NCBI GenBank assembly: GCA_965235115.1
Contig: OZ249436.1
Coordinates: 50,098,001-50,162,000 of the forward strand
Direction of reading: 5' to 3'
DNA length: 64,000 bases
DNA from: Laetmonice hystrix
Lineage: Eukaryota
Part shown: positions 25,675 to 38,402 of the stretch, piece by piece
Layout: every line of letters begins with the position of its first letter
Numbering within the stretch: the first letter of the stretch is position 1
Program-made: the position numbers and the translations under genes
Notes under the pieces: model-generated
What the model was told of the DNA's origin: nothing
Seen by the model: the letters and a program-made list of their open reading frames with translations, nothing else
The model's database searches: none

Positions 25675-27436
25675 GAGGTTGAAAGGTACCGAGACTCCAT
25701 GTGGTGGATACGAGAGAGACAACCGCACTATTTTAATTATTTCTGGTTTCTTTTGAATTCATAGGTCATATATATTTCCTAATAGATAAAAGGAAGGCGA
25801 AAAGGAAACTACATTTAGCGAGCTCGTTTCATATAGGTTACGAAATGAATGTGACATTGAGAGGCCAGCCCCAGCATAAAGAGGTCACCAAAACACAGCG
25901 GCGGTGACGGCCTTGGTATAAAGAACCCAATAAAGATACGAGATTTATACTGACCACCCAGCCGATGAAGGTCAGCCATTTATCCCTTCTATTATTGTAG
26001 GAGCTCTGAACAGAGTACCGTTTGGAGACAATAATTCATCTCAGACGCAGACTGTAGGCACCTCGACCTTCGGTTGAGGTCTAATCCCGCGTTCTGGGGT
26101 TAATATTAAAGGAATTGCATGTATGTCAACCTGGTTGAGCGTTACGGGAAGCCAGTCCGGCCGGGTTTCATGCTTACCTCGTCAAAATCCAGACCCTCTA
26201 TATGCAGCTATGGAACCTAATTATCGCACACTATTGAAGCAATGTGTTCGCCAATTTGTCCAATGTATATGAAATAGTTGCCATAAAACCTGTAATATCA
26301 GTCCCATTTTACCTTTATTTTGATAATATTTTTGTCAACTCATTGAGGGGGAGGGGTGTTTGGAGGGGAGAGTAAATAATTTTGTCATCATTCAATGTTG
26401 TTACTCTCCTAGAGACGTTAATATGATGCACTGAGAGCTATGGACCCTTTGCAATTCTTAAATACTAGTTTGCCAGCTTCCCTTTTAACGGTAACTTTAG
26501 TCTCCCACTATAGCTGATTGCATGTGTGTTGGCAATATGAATATGATTCATGTGATACCATACTTACCAAGGAAAATAATTTCACGTAGAAGGATAGCTT
26601 ACAGTCGCCCAACTCTGTGCATAAAAGAAGATACAGAAATGTTTGGGATGGATTTATCCACGAGCAATACGAAGGCCGTGATGATATGAGGCACTCCAAT
26701 CTACACCAATGATAAACGAATGATAAACGTGGGGCTGGGAATGGATATCGGGCAGACTAGTAACGGCTAGAGGCTAGATCCAACGCCCTCTGCCCCCCGT
26801 ACCGTTTTTAAAAAAATAGTTAAACAAATTTAATTATATTTTAAATCAATGTCGGGCCTACTTGCCACCTGACCGCTTTATGTGATCTGCTGGACTCGTC
26901 TCAGCAATAATTTAATCAGCCTGCATGGCCCAGGCGATGGTCGAAAGGAATTGGCCAATCCCTGTTAGTTGTATGAGGACTTCATTCAGACCACTATTGC
27001 TAGTTTCACAAAATGAGATAAATTACTTGTCATCGACATGCCAGGCTTACGACATTCCAAAAAATATATCTTTCTGATTTACTTGGTGATGCCTTTTCTT
27101 ACTTCCATTGAAGCAATGCTGCAAGCTGTACAGAATGATTTTGTTCATTTTACACGGTAGATTTGGTTCTAAGGAAATTCTCCAGACTGTAGCCAGCAGA
27201 TGGGCTCGGGTCTTGTCCTCCCTACATGCTTCATTAACGTCTTGTCAGATCAGAGAGGCGCGCGTTGGTTCACCTGATAATACTTGAGAAGACAACCCTT
27301 TCTGATAGGCTTTCTGACTTCGAAACATTCATGGACATTGACTGACACAATTTGGGGGTCCTCTTCCCACATGTGCCAGACCTGATGTAAATACCGCAAT
27401 GTAAGCAGAAACATACATGCGTCCGTTTTCTGGCAT

Positions 27437-27985
27437 GTGCCGAGCTCTTACAGTGAACAGATAGCTTCCTCACCACCAGTGACGAGCTCTTACAAGGAAC
27501 AGATAGCTTCCTCACCACCAGTGACGAGCTCTTACAGTGAACAGATAGCGTCCTCACCACCAGTGACGAGCTCTTACAAGGAACAGATAGCTTCCTCATC
27601 ACCAGTGACGAGCTCTTACAAGGTACAGATAGCTTCCTCACCACCAGTGACGAGCTCTTACAGTGAACAGATAGCTTCCTCACCACCAGTGACGAGCTCT
27701 TACAGGGAACAGATAGCGTCCTCACCACCAGTGCCGAGCTCTTACAGTGAACAGATAGCTTCCTCACCACCAGTGACGAGCTCTTACAAGGAACAGATAG
27801 CTTCCTCACTACCAGTGACGAGCTCTTACAAGGAACATATATCTTCCTCACCACCAGTGACGAGCTCTTACAGTGAACAGATAGCGTCCTCACCACCAGT
27901 GACGAGCTCTTACAAGGAACAGATAGCTTCCTCACCACCAGTGACTAGCTCTTACAAGGAACAGATAGCTTCCTCACCACCAGTG
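27437..27985. repeat. 42 bp minisatellite, 13 copies
   Basis: Unit GTGACGAGCTCTTACA(GTG/AGG)AACAGATAGCTTCCTCACCACCA. Confidence 0.97.
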
Positions 27986-28384
27986 ATCATTCAATGTCTG
28001 TATTTCAAAACAACTCTCACTTCCGACGCCATTTACAGTGTGCCTTTAACATATCAACTACGTTTGGCTATTGTTATGAGGGCACAACATGTAATAGTGC
28101 TCCTTAGATTAAGAGCACAGATCCATTTGCTAGAAATAATAAGCGTCAATGTTTTTTTATATTTCCGTACAGTGAGGGGGCAAATTGAATTGAATTGGCT
28201 CTCTCCCTCTCCAATGACGGCTACCAATGTATATCTTATAGTGGGCCTTGGGAGGAGCAAATTCCTGGGTTCCAGGTGACAGCGGAGTCCACCGGATGCG
28301 AGTAGGATCCCTATTGGTTACATCCATCTCCGTCACACACTGTGATATTAGAAAGAGGCCCGGGAGGTTAACATATCATTTCAA

Positions 28385-28693
28385 GACCCACTGCCCATCA
28401 CCACCGCCGACTGGCTATAGGCAGGACCCACTGCCCATCACCACCGCCGACTGGCTATAGGCAGGACCCACTGCCCATCACCACCGCCGACTGGCTATAG
28501 GCAGGACCCACTGCCCATCACCACCGCCGACTGGCTATAGGCAGGACCCACTGCCCATCACCACCGCCGACTGGCTATAGGCAGGACCCACTGCCCATCA
28601 CCACCGCCTACTGGCTATAGGCAGGACCCACTGCCCATCACCACCGCCGACTGGCTATAGGCAGGACCCACTGCCCATCACCACCGCCGACTG
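28385..28693. repeat. 40 bp minisatellite, ~7.7 near-perfect copies
   Basis: Unit GACCCACTGCCCATCACCACCGCCGACTGGCTATAGGCAG. Confidence 0.97.
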
Positions 28694-29287
28694 AAATTGC
28701 AAAGTGTTTACCTATCACCCAGTAACACCGAATATACAAACGAGCGTGTGTTCATTCACGTTGGCTCAATGCCTTTGGGACCTGAAAAAGCACGCTGAAA
28801 CAATCTGACATCATGCTCACCCATCTCTGGGGGTTCTAATCGCCGGAGGCTGCATGCGAATACCCTTCCTGTACTTAGGTCATGGTAGACCTAGTTTAGA
28901 ACGAGTTCCGCTGGGGGTTTATTTTTTATTTTTTCTTTGGGGGGGGGGGGGGGGTGTCATTCCTATATCGAAACGATTTTAGATTGTAGAATTCCCTTTT
29001 ATTCCAAGCTAAATTTGACCTCCTCCCGCCCTATCTCAAAAATCAAATTTTGATTACGCGTCTGTGTATCAAGTGACATGTGTCAGTCTCGATTCAATTC
29101 AAATACGAAGCCGCCATACAATAATCCGTACAATGACGCTGCCCCAAACCTACCCAGATATTTAATGTATTCTGACACCCTATGGGAACCCCACGGCAAT
29201 TACGGCTCATCATTATAATAATCCGTACAATGACGCTGCCCCAAACCTACCCAGATATTTCATGTAGTCTGACACCCTATTGGAACA

Positions 29288-30418
29288 CCACGGCAATCAC
29301 GGCTGATTCATGATCATCACTATAACCCCACGGCAATCACGGCTGATTCATGATCATCACTATAACCCCACGGCAATCACGGCTGATTCATGATCATCAC
29401 CCCCACGGCAATCACGGCTGATTCTTGATCATCACTATAACCCCACGGCAACCACGGCTGATTCATGATCATCACTATAACCCCACGGCAACCACGGCTG
29501 ATTCATGATCATCACTATAACCCCACGGCAATCACGGCTGATTCATGATCATCACTATAACCCCACGGCAATCACGGCTGATTCATGATCATCACTATAA
29601 CCCCACGGCAATCACGGCTGATTCATGATCATCACTATAACCCCACGGCAATCACGGCTGATTCATGATCATCACTATAACCCCACGGCAATCACGGCTG
29701 ATTCCTGATCATCACTATAACCCCACGGCAATCACGGCTGATTCCTGATCATCACTATAACCCCACGGCAATCACGGCTGATTCATGATCATCACTATAA
29801 CCCCACGGCAAACACGGCTGATTCATGATCATCACTATAACCCCACGGCAATCACGGCTGATTCATCATCATTACTATAACCCCACGGCAATCACGGCTG
29901 ATTCATCATCATTACTATAACCCCACGGCAATCACGGCTGATTTATTATCATCACTATAACCCCACGGCAATCACGGCTGATTCATGATCATCACTATAA
30001 CCCCACGGCAATCACGGCTGATTCATAATCATCACTATAACCCCACGGCAATCACGGCTGATTCATGATCATCACTATAACCCCACGGCAATCACGGCTG
30101 ATTCATGATCATCACTATAACCCCACGGCAATCACGGCTGATTCCTGATCATCACTATAACCCCACGGCAACCACGGCTGATTCCTGATCATCACTATAA
30201 CTCCACGGCAATCACGGCTGATTCATGATCATCACTATAACCCCACGGCAATCACGGCTGATTCATGATCATCACTATAACCCCACGGCAATCACGGCTG
30301 ATTCATAATCATCACTATAACCCTACGGCAATCACGGCTGATTCATGATCATCACTATAACCCCACGGCAATCACGGCTGATTCATGATCATCACTATAA
30401 CTCCACGGCAATCACGGC
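29288..30418. repeat. 40 bp minisatellite, ~28 copies
   Basis: Unit CCCCACGGCAATCACGGCTGATTCATGATCATCACTATAA. Confidence 0.97.
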
Positions 30419-31307
30419 ATAAATCTCATTCGGCTGAGTTTGTGCATCCGCTTGCACAATACGATAGCGGTGCACACAACGCACTAAATGAGCTCTTTAG
30501 AGGAGTGGTATTTGACCTCGGGGAAATTAAACCTGGCCCACAAATTTGAATCTCCCCACTCAAATACGTGTATTCTAATTTAATTCAGTTAATAGTAAAG
30601 TTTAATAGCCAATATAGATCGAGATACCCTCTAAATAAACATCAGTTTTCTGACTTCCTCATACTGGCGATCAAAGAATGAGGGCGGATGTTTACGGTGG
30701 TTGGGAAAGGACATGCAACAAATTATTTTTTCGTTTTCCCGATTTCACCTTCGTTTTACCGACTTTTCACCTCCGTTGGCTCGACTTTTCACTTACGTTT
30801 TCCCGACTTTTCACTTCCATTCTTCTTACTTTTCACTTCCGTTTCCTGACTTTTCACTTGGGGACCGCCTTTCTGACCTTTTTTGCATTTTGTTGTGAAA
30901 ATGAAAAAAAGTCAGGAAAACGTAAGTAGAAAATCAGGAAAACGTAAGTGAAAAGTCGGAAAACGGAAGTGAAAAACGTGGAACTCCGCGTTCCCCAGCA
31001 AGACAATCTACATTGCTCACGAGTTGTTTCATAGCTGCAGGTGTTTCAAGACGTCATTAAATGTAGCACAATAAAACGGTCATTAAGTTCAGTCGACGTG
31101 CATGCACACTAATTCCTTGTGGCGTGCCTTTACAAGCCAAGACAATAAGTATCATGTCTGTCGTCGAGCTGACATCAGCAGTTTACATCAACAGCGGAGT
31201 ATGAAATAAATAGGTGTATTTTGATACACTTATTAAAGGGAACTTGAGCTCAATGTTCTCAGCAGAGATAACTACCTCCCGACAGTTCTATGATGTAAGC
31301 CACTTAC

Positions 31308-31916
31308 CTGTGGAGCGCTGGCCACTGTACTGAAGAGCCAAGCTAGAAACAACATTATTTTCCCGCGCTTTCCCGCGTCCGTGAGGGATAATGGGTGGAT
31401 GATTGCAAAATATCGATCCAGGCTAATGGCGATTAATACAAATGATGATAGATAGAATCCAAACGCTCTGAAAAACATGAAAAATCGGCATCCAAAGTCT
31501 CCGGCCATCCAAGCGACGGTCAGGTGCCAGCCGATCTCAAGTGGTAGCATGACAAAAGTAACTATGAGATCGGCAATCGACAGATGCATGATGAACAGGT
31601 TCACTCGGGACTTTCGGTGACGATTTCGAAATAAAGTCACAAATACCGTCATGTTTCCAAAGGCTGCTATAACGAAGAGTACCGCGTAGGCGATAACAGA
31701 TACCAAACTATCGTCCGTAAAGATCATCTCCCTTGGTAAACCCGACCCCCCGCCGTCGTCGGTGGGTCCTGTGTGCCCGGCTCCATCAGTCCCGAACCCC
31801 GGCACCAGCAAACCCTGTGCCGTGGTCACATTACCCCACAGGTTCTTGTAACTCGGCCCCCATCGGCCGTCATCAGTGTCGATTCGAGAGGTAGAAACAT
31901 CATAAGGTAGTTCCAT
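31308..31916 (-). CDS. First coding exon (N-terminus, TM1-TM4) of a class A neuropeptide GPCR of the GnRH/AKH/ACP/corazonin receptor family
   Basis: Translation shows GN in TM1 (AAFGNMTVF), HLSIADL in TM2, W..GDFGC in ECL1, ISLDRYFAIIHPL (DRY) and a TM4 ending AWLFSTVASAPQ, followed at once by the donor CAG|GTAAGT (phase 0). N-glycosylation sequon NVT in the N-terminus. Strong acceptor (ttttattttgttccttccaacag) at ~32498 suggests the exon starts at 32497. Subfamily call is by motif recognition, not by search. Confidence 0.93.
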
Positions 31917-33463
31917 GTTGTCACTCGGACCACCTCGCACTCATTGTCATTGCCTTCTCGTTACACGTTAGGAGCGAGGCTGCCCGCTTTCTGTCCGTAC
32001 CGACGTCCCATTCACTTTACTACGCGTCAAGGCGCCAGCGTAACTCTGAAGGCCCTCCCCCTCGCAGGGATCCTCGGCGCCACTCGCTGAGTGATGTCGG
32101 CAACAGCATCCGCCGCCTCAACTTTGCTACCGCTCTTCTGCCAAGCAGGGTAATACCGACCAGACATTCAGCATCTCGACCATTTCTAAATCTAACGGAC
32201 CTGATAGATCAAGCTACCTGGTGGCGAACGTCCAACGCCGGCCAAAGTGCACAAATACCTCATTAATGCACCATGATCGCCAGTGGCAGATGACCGCACC
32301 ACATAGTCACGGTGCCGCACCACATAGCCACGGTGCCTCCTAGTCGGCTTGCTGATTAAAGTGACACAACCACGTACGTGCCAGTCAACCTGGAGACGGT
32401 GTGGTTTCCCGACTTCAATAGGTCCCGGGAAATGGCTACAAGCCATGCTGCAGCTGGTACTCAAAGTTGATCCGGCCAGACAGATTGTGCTTGTCGACTG
32501 TTGGAAGGAACAAAAATAAAACAAGTATAGTACTACCGGGGAAGCGGGATAACGATACGCAACGTAGGGAGGGGCGCGGTGGCTGAGGTGGTTGGGTGTT
32601 CGCCGTATCCAATCCCAGCCATCCTACTGCAGCAAGGTCAACAGAGTTAATTTTAGGGTCATTGCTTCAAGCTGTGCTAACGTTAAGCTCGTCACTTAGG
32701 CCCACATTAAACGAATGCAAGGCTTCCTCTCCGGAAATAACTCTTTCTGTTTCTTTTAGTCTAGGCGGCAGTGGCCGAGTTGTCTAGTATAGTCTTGCAG
32801 CACAGACCAACTAAAGACGAGTTTTATAGGTTGGGCCGTCATGATGCTCGGTGTAAGTTTCTCTCCAGTGCGAGGATCAAGAGACCAGATGATGGAGTGG
32901 CAGAAAGTGCCTGGTGATAAGACCCGAGATAAGGGACCCTTACCTCTGGTTTTAAACCCCTCCGTTCCTATTACGAGAAAGTCTCTCGGTACTTGCTTCC
33001 AGTCCGTCGGGTTTGCTTTTAAACAGGAATCGATACCAAACCCTCATCCCGAAAAAAGTGTCCTTTATTCACCAGAATTCGACAAATTCCGGGGTTCTTC
33101 GCGATTCCTAATCTAAGGAAGGAAACGACTTTAAAATGTAGAAATGGGTATTAAATACCAGGAAGAAGTATGTGACGACGAGATATAGTATACCTTTCTC
33201 CCCTGGCTATATGATGTATATGTATAAATATAATGAGCATGCAGGCCCATATACTACTATATCTCCCCTGGCTATATGATGTATCTTGTCCGCAAGCTGG
33301 ATATACAGACTGGACACAAAGACATCTGCGGGCTGATGCCACCAGATGTCAGCACCCTGACCTGCCTTCCCATATTTGGATGTGGCCTAGGCGGGTCCCC
33401 TGACTCTTTCGCTTCGTGGAGCCGGCATTTAGAGTAGGGGACCAGAGTAAGGTCGAGGTTTCT

Positions 33464-33690
33464 TAGCCTGGTGCCCTGCCTAACAGACGCGTCCGCTATG
33501 TTAGCCCATGCAGATGCTGGGTAATTTCGTTGTCAGAAAACCGACAAGCGGAAGCATGTTGCTTAACTCCAAGCACTTCTGCTTCCGTTGCGTTGGTCAG
33601 CGTCAACGGAGTGACCGGCCTCTGCTTAGAGTGTGGCCAACATGGCCATGCGTATGCAGACCGTAGCCTGGCGTAGAGACCGATGACACA
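33464..33690 (-). mobile_element. Truncated copy of the TAGCCTGG-ended element family
   Basis: Begins TAGCCTGGTGCCC and shares GCTTCCGTTGCGTTGGTCAGC..GTGGCCAACATGGCCATG with the 9757-10230 copy. Confidence 0.75.
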
Positions 33691-34499
33691 ATAAGTTTCT
33701 AGGTCACAATGCCGCGTTCGTCCAATCAGCGCCGATGATAGTTTTCTATCACGGTCACCGTGTTCGTGTAACCTAGATAGGTTCACATAGCAGTTGAGTT
33801 GCGAACTCGTATGAAACGTATAGATTTAGTAAAGTTTCCGCTTCCTCCTCCGTTTAATGAATGGTTGCAATTCATGCACTGTGTTCATAAAAAAAGCCAG
33901 AAAATTCAGACAGGATTTAAGTGTGTCATGGCATGACATGCATCCGTTTAATATATCGTCTAATGCCACAGTGGGCGATCTAATTGACTCGGTATTGACC
34001 TTTTAAGTCCGCACGCGAAGGTAATAGGAATATCAGAAGTGACGATAATACACAGAATATTGTTTGTGAGTAGTGCCCGTGGCTGTGGACGTGGTATCGT
34101 CTCGCAGACGGTGTTGTTGACTTGGTAACCATGCAGTCAGGCCCGTATAATGTCACATTATTGTAATACCCGATTGCCACAACTACATGTATATTGTGTT
34201 TAAGGAACGCGTATGTTATATGAAATGGAATTGTTCAGGCTGTGAAAAGAAGAAGAAGATGGCGATGATGATGATGGTGGCGATGATGGCGATGATGATG
34301 ATGAATAATGGTACTTAACCACAGGCGAATTGCCGAATGACCTCAAACTATATGCCATTGTCAAACCATTATTAAACATTAATACATAAAAATATAGCCT
34401 ATGCTATTTTCGAAAACTTTGCCGGATGTTGATATCTGCATAAACAACACAATGCTTGAATACGTGAAATCAATCAAATTTCATTGGTTATTATCTAGA

Positions 34500-35444
34500 T
34501 GAAAGACTGTACTTTATGGCACTGATTGTTTTTCATATTGATTCTGTTAACACATACTACGAGTATAGACAGCAGTGAAATTCTCCCTAATGTAGAAAAA
34601 TGAATAAAACTAGCTGCAGTGTCCGCAAAGTGCGATGAATCCGCCATTTTGGCCCCCCTTGGCTGCCGCGAATCGTTTGAACGGGTCCCATGATCACGTG
34701 ACTCTCGCTGTGTTTACTCGAGATGTAAACGGGACTATAATGGTAGCCTGGTGCCCGGTCTAAACACTACGTATATAGAGCCTGGTGATGACCAATCGAA
34801 GCAAGCGTTGTGATTAGTCCATCGAAAACATTGGACTCAAACGAGGTAGTTCCGTACCTTCCGTATTTCTCCAACAAGATACAGATATTTTCATCAATCA
34901 CTTTACAATACAAGTGTTAAATGTCCTCGCTTTTCTGGATGTAAGCATAGCGTCATCAGTTCCCATACCTGCTACGGTCTGCATACGCACATATGCATGT
35001 TGGCCGCTCCTGGCCACGCTCCAAGCAGAAGTCGCTCACTCTGTTAACGCTGACCAACGGACCGGAGGCGGAAGTGATTAGCTCCGAGGCGGAAGTGCTT
35101 GGAGATAACCACTTCCGTTTTACAGCTTTCTGTTAGCCATCACCGAGCCTAACATAGCGGATGCGTATGGTAGGCACCGGGGACCAGGCTACTATAATGG
35201 CCCATCCGCCGATCGTGTAAAAAGGTTGGCAAATACAGCCGGCTGCAAATCTCAGGGTCTCGGAATCTAAGTTTGTCATTTTCAGTGACCGCATTAAGAA
35301 TTGGCGATTTTTTTTTTACAAAATACCGGCCAAAGCTACATAAACAGGTAGGGGACCTTTGGGGCATATCGGAGAACCGCAATGCAGACATATTTTTGCT
35401 GAAACACGACGTATTATTTGAAATTCGTGACATATTACCTTTAA
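34500..35444 (+). mobile_element. Kolobok-type non-autonomous element interrupted by the 34744-35191 insertion
   Basis: Both flanks of the insertion align with 43261-43868; right end TTACCT|TTAA. Confidence 0.65.
34744..35191 (+). mobile_element. Non-autonomous DNA transposon with TAG termini and 9 bp TSD (AcademH-like)
   Basis: Ends TAGCCTGGT/ACCAGGCTA; CTATAATGG duplicated at 34735-43 and 35192-200. Confidence 0.85.
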
Positions 35445-37372
35445 TAGAGGAGGTGCTAGTGACCTGATCGCAAGATACTAGCGATCGCTAGTGATGTGAT
35501 CGCTAGCGATCGCTAGTAGCTTCTCCATTATTAGCGATCTGATCGCTCGAGGCAAGCGATCAGATTGCTTGCGTTCATCGAAATAAGCGAGTGCGGTCAA
35601 CTTGGTCAAGACGGCCAGTGATTATAGTATGTTGCCATGCCCACTCCGGCTGACCGATGACGCCATCCAAAATGGAGCTATTTTTCATTGCGTCCTGCTA
35701 TGTGATATCAATCGCCCTTCGCATGTGGTAAAAGAAGAAAAAACAATCGAAAACCTGTACTGGAGACAGAAATAGCTCGCCAGACATGACACCATAAACC
35801 CGTACGTGGATTTTTTCAGGACTTAATGAAGGCAAGTTGTCCTTTGCTTCATATAGGCCTAACCTGACGTGACCGCCGTTAGTAATTAATAAGGCATATT
35901 TGCTCATGCCTGGCTATTTTCCAATCTGCAGAAAGACATGGACGCCTTGAGGACCCATCTCAGAATGCCACCAGTGGTATTTAATAAACTACTAGGACTG
36001 ATCGAACACCGCATCAAGAAGAAAGCAGTGCGGTTCTCTGTCACTGACCCTTCGGTATCGGTGTCAGGGGAGAAATATTTGATATTTAAACCATAATTTT
36101 AAAATACTTGAAGAAATAAAGAAAATAATTTGATATAGGTAATTCAATATACAACGATGTATACATCAATAAAAAAAACTCCCACCTTAGCAAGTACACT
36201 TCATTTATTAACCAAAAGGAATTCTTACTACATTCAATGGTAAGGTGGGCTATTCACCGCTAATAACGCACAAGTGCGTTATTAGCGAACGATGACGATA
36301 GTCGGTGCGAGCACGGATAGGGCTGATAATGGCACGTCGTTGTTCTTAAAGATGCGGCCCGGCTGCGTCTCTTGTTGTTGGTATAGGGTCATAGCACTGA
36401 CACCTGCCGGACCGGTGGGCGTTTCGATGACGTGCGCAGCCGCGTTAATGGAAACATAGCTTAAATGTGGATGGAGGAATTTGGCAATCGACCGACTTCA
36501 AAAGGGAACTGTATCGTGACAGACTCCACCTGCCTGACAATCTCCCTGCAGCAACCTGGATCAGATCAATGTGTGTCATATCACTTCATCATAGCACGCC
36601 TTCGGGATGAGTGAGAGACGATGAGGAAACCATACTCGGGATCCATGCTCAGTGTGGAGGAGGATGCCTCAGCAGGCGCGGATCTAGCTTTGCAGGGTGG
36701 GGGTGGGGGGTTGTGGGGTGGAGGAATCTTTCAAGTAGAAAAAAAGAAAAACTACTTCGTAACGGGGGGTTGCAACCCCAGTAACCCCCCCCCCCCCCCC
36801 CCCTTCTTAAATCTGCCAGTGCTCCGCCGGGCACGTATGGTGATAGAAACCCGAGAAATGCCGAGGTGGTTGTTCTAACCATACCTCCACAACTACCTCT
36901 GCGCCGAGGTATCTCCCCAGTGGAAGCCAGGAGGACGCCGGGTACATATTTTTCCATTCCATTTTTAAAATGAGCCCATTTTTTAAACAAAAATGAACAC
37001 CTAAATGGTGTGTTGGGGATCAACGGTAAGTATTTAAGGAATTTGTGGTGCCACTTTAAAATAGGTGGGTATCAGAGGAGGAGCGTCATCTTCTGTAATA
37101 GGTCATAACGGAGGAAACCGGAGTATCCGGTAAAACCGCCCTCCTTGGCAGGTACTCTGACATGTGAAGGGGATTCGAAAAGAGCAGGGCATAATATATC
37201 ATCGGTTACGTGGGCAGTGTTGAATATCAATTACGTGCATAGTTAGTGTCAGGCTTTGAACTTAGAAAATTAAGCAACAACATCCGAGTGAAAAATAAGA
37301 AAGTACTCAGGTGTGAAGGACAGGGGAGGACAGGATAGGATATACATAAAGCCGTTATGATCAGTCGTGAAT

Positions 37373-37515
37373 CGTGGGCGCTCGCAAGAAATATTTTAGG
37401 GGGAGGCAAACTTGAAGAATATTATATGTGGACTTAGGAAGGCAACAGAAACGCGAGGGGTGGCAGTTAATCCAGGGGGACAACTGCCCCCTTATTCTCC
37501 CTGCGTACGCCCATG
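37373..37515. mobile_element. hAT-type MITE
   Basis: Ends CGTGGGCG/CGCCCATG, with 8 bp TSD TCGTGAAT on both sides. Confidence 0.8.
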
Positions 37516-37805
37516 TCGTGAATGGTTATGCGCAGGGGGGGGAGTCTTCCCCTAGAAATTATGTGAATTTAGAAGGCCAAGGACGCTATTTCCCGGCATC
37601 ATAAGGTAGAAATTGTGAATTTTCTCAAAACATTTAGGCCTAGCCTACCAATAATTTGTGCCACTTTTTCTTCAAAAAAGGGGGTGCTTCTGTGCGCCCC
37701 CTTGGATCCGCGCCTGAAGTTAGTATAGTCTTGGAAAAGGTACATCAGATAGATCATTTCAAACGCCGCCGGACGCGGAGTAGGCCTACAATGGAGCAGT
37801 TTGAA

Positions 37806-38402
37806 GGCCTCCACACACTTGGGCAGTTCACGCCGCGATTTGACGTCGCGTGAAACGCCCGGCGTAACCACTGGGCGTTTCGCGCTGCGATAAATGGTTC
37901 CCACTTGCGCGGAAACGCACGCGGTCATCGCTGGCTGTTTGCAAAATGGCAAATTGCAAAATGCAATATGTCGTACTGTTTCTGTGCATCTTTATAGGAG
38001 TGACATCGTTTGTCGTATATAGGCAGGGATTCTTCTCGGTTTCCACTATCAACTGTTCGGTTTTCTGATCCTCTTTCTTCAGCCCCATCCTGCTGGCTGC
38101 TAGATGGTAAAATGGAATACAGATCGCCCTGGGATGATCAGGTGCAAGGTGGTCTGACCACATATACTGGATGCCTATTGGCTGAATGGATGATCGGTCG
38201 AGGCAACATGCTGCGTGATACGCACAGAAACCTATTCTGAGGTTTCGGTCATTTAACGCTGCGGTCGCAATGCGTGTGTTTTCACGCCAAGCTGAAGGGT
38301 GTGGTTTCTCATTGTAATTCTATTATGGGTTACAACACGTTTTCGCGACGCGTTTCACGCGACGTCAAATCGCGGCGTGAACTGCCCAAGTGTGTGGAGG
38401 CC
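37806..38402 (-). mobile_element. Harbinger internal-deletion derivative carrying a MADF-domain remnant
   Basis: ~53 bp perfect TIR GGCCTCCACACACTTGGGCAGTTCACGCCGCGATTTGACGTCGCGTGAAACGC, flanks GAA/TAA. Internal minus-strand peptide EQLIVETEKNPCLY/DKRCHSYKDAQKQYDI. Confidence 0.85.

Noticed and set aside
21651..25700. Long ORFs (up to 640 aa) as mucin-like genes
   Set aside because: They are translations of a 51 bp tandem unit, open on both strands, with no signal peptide, unique domain or splice context.
27270..28279. 280 aa and 222 aa ORFs
   Set aside because: Products of the 42 bp repeat, which is a multiple of 3.
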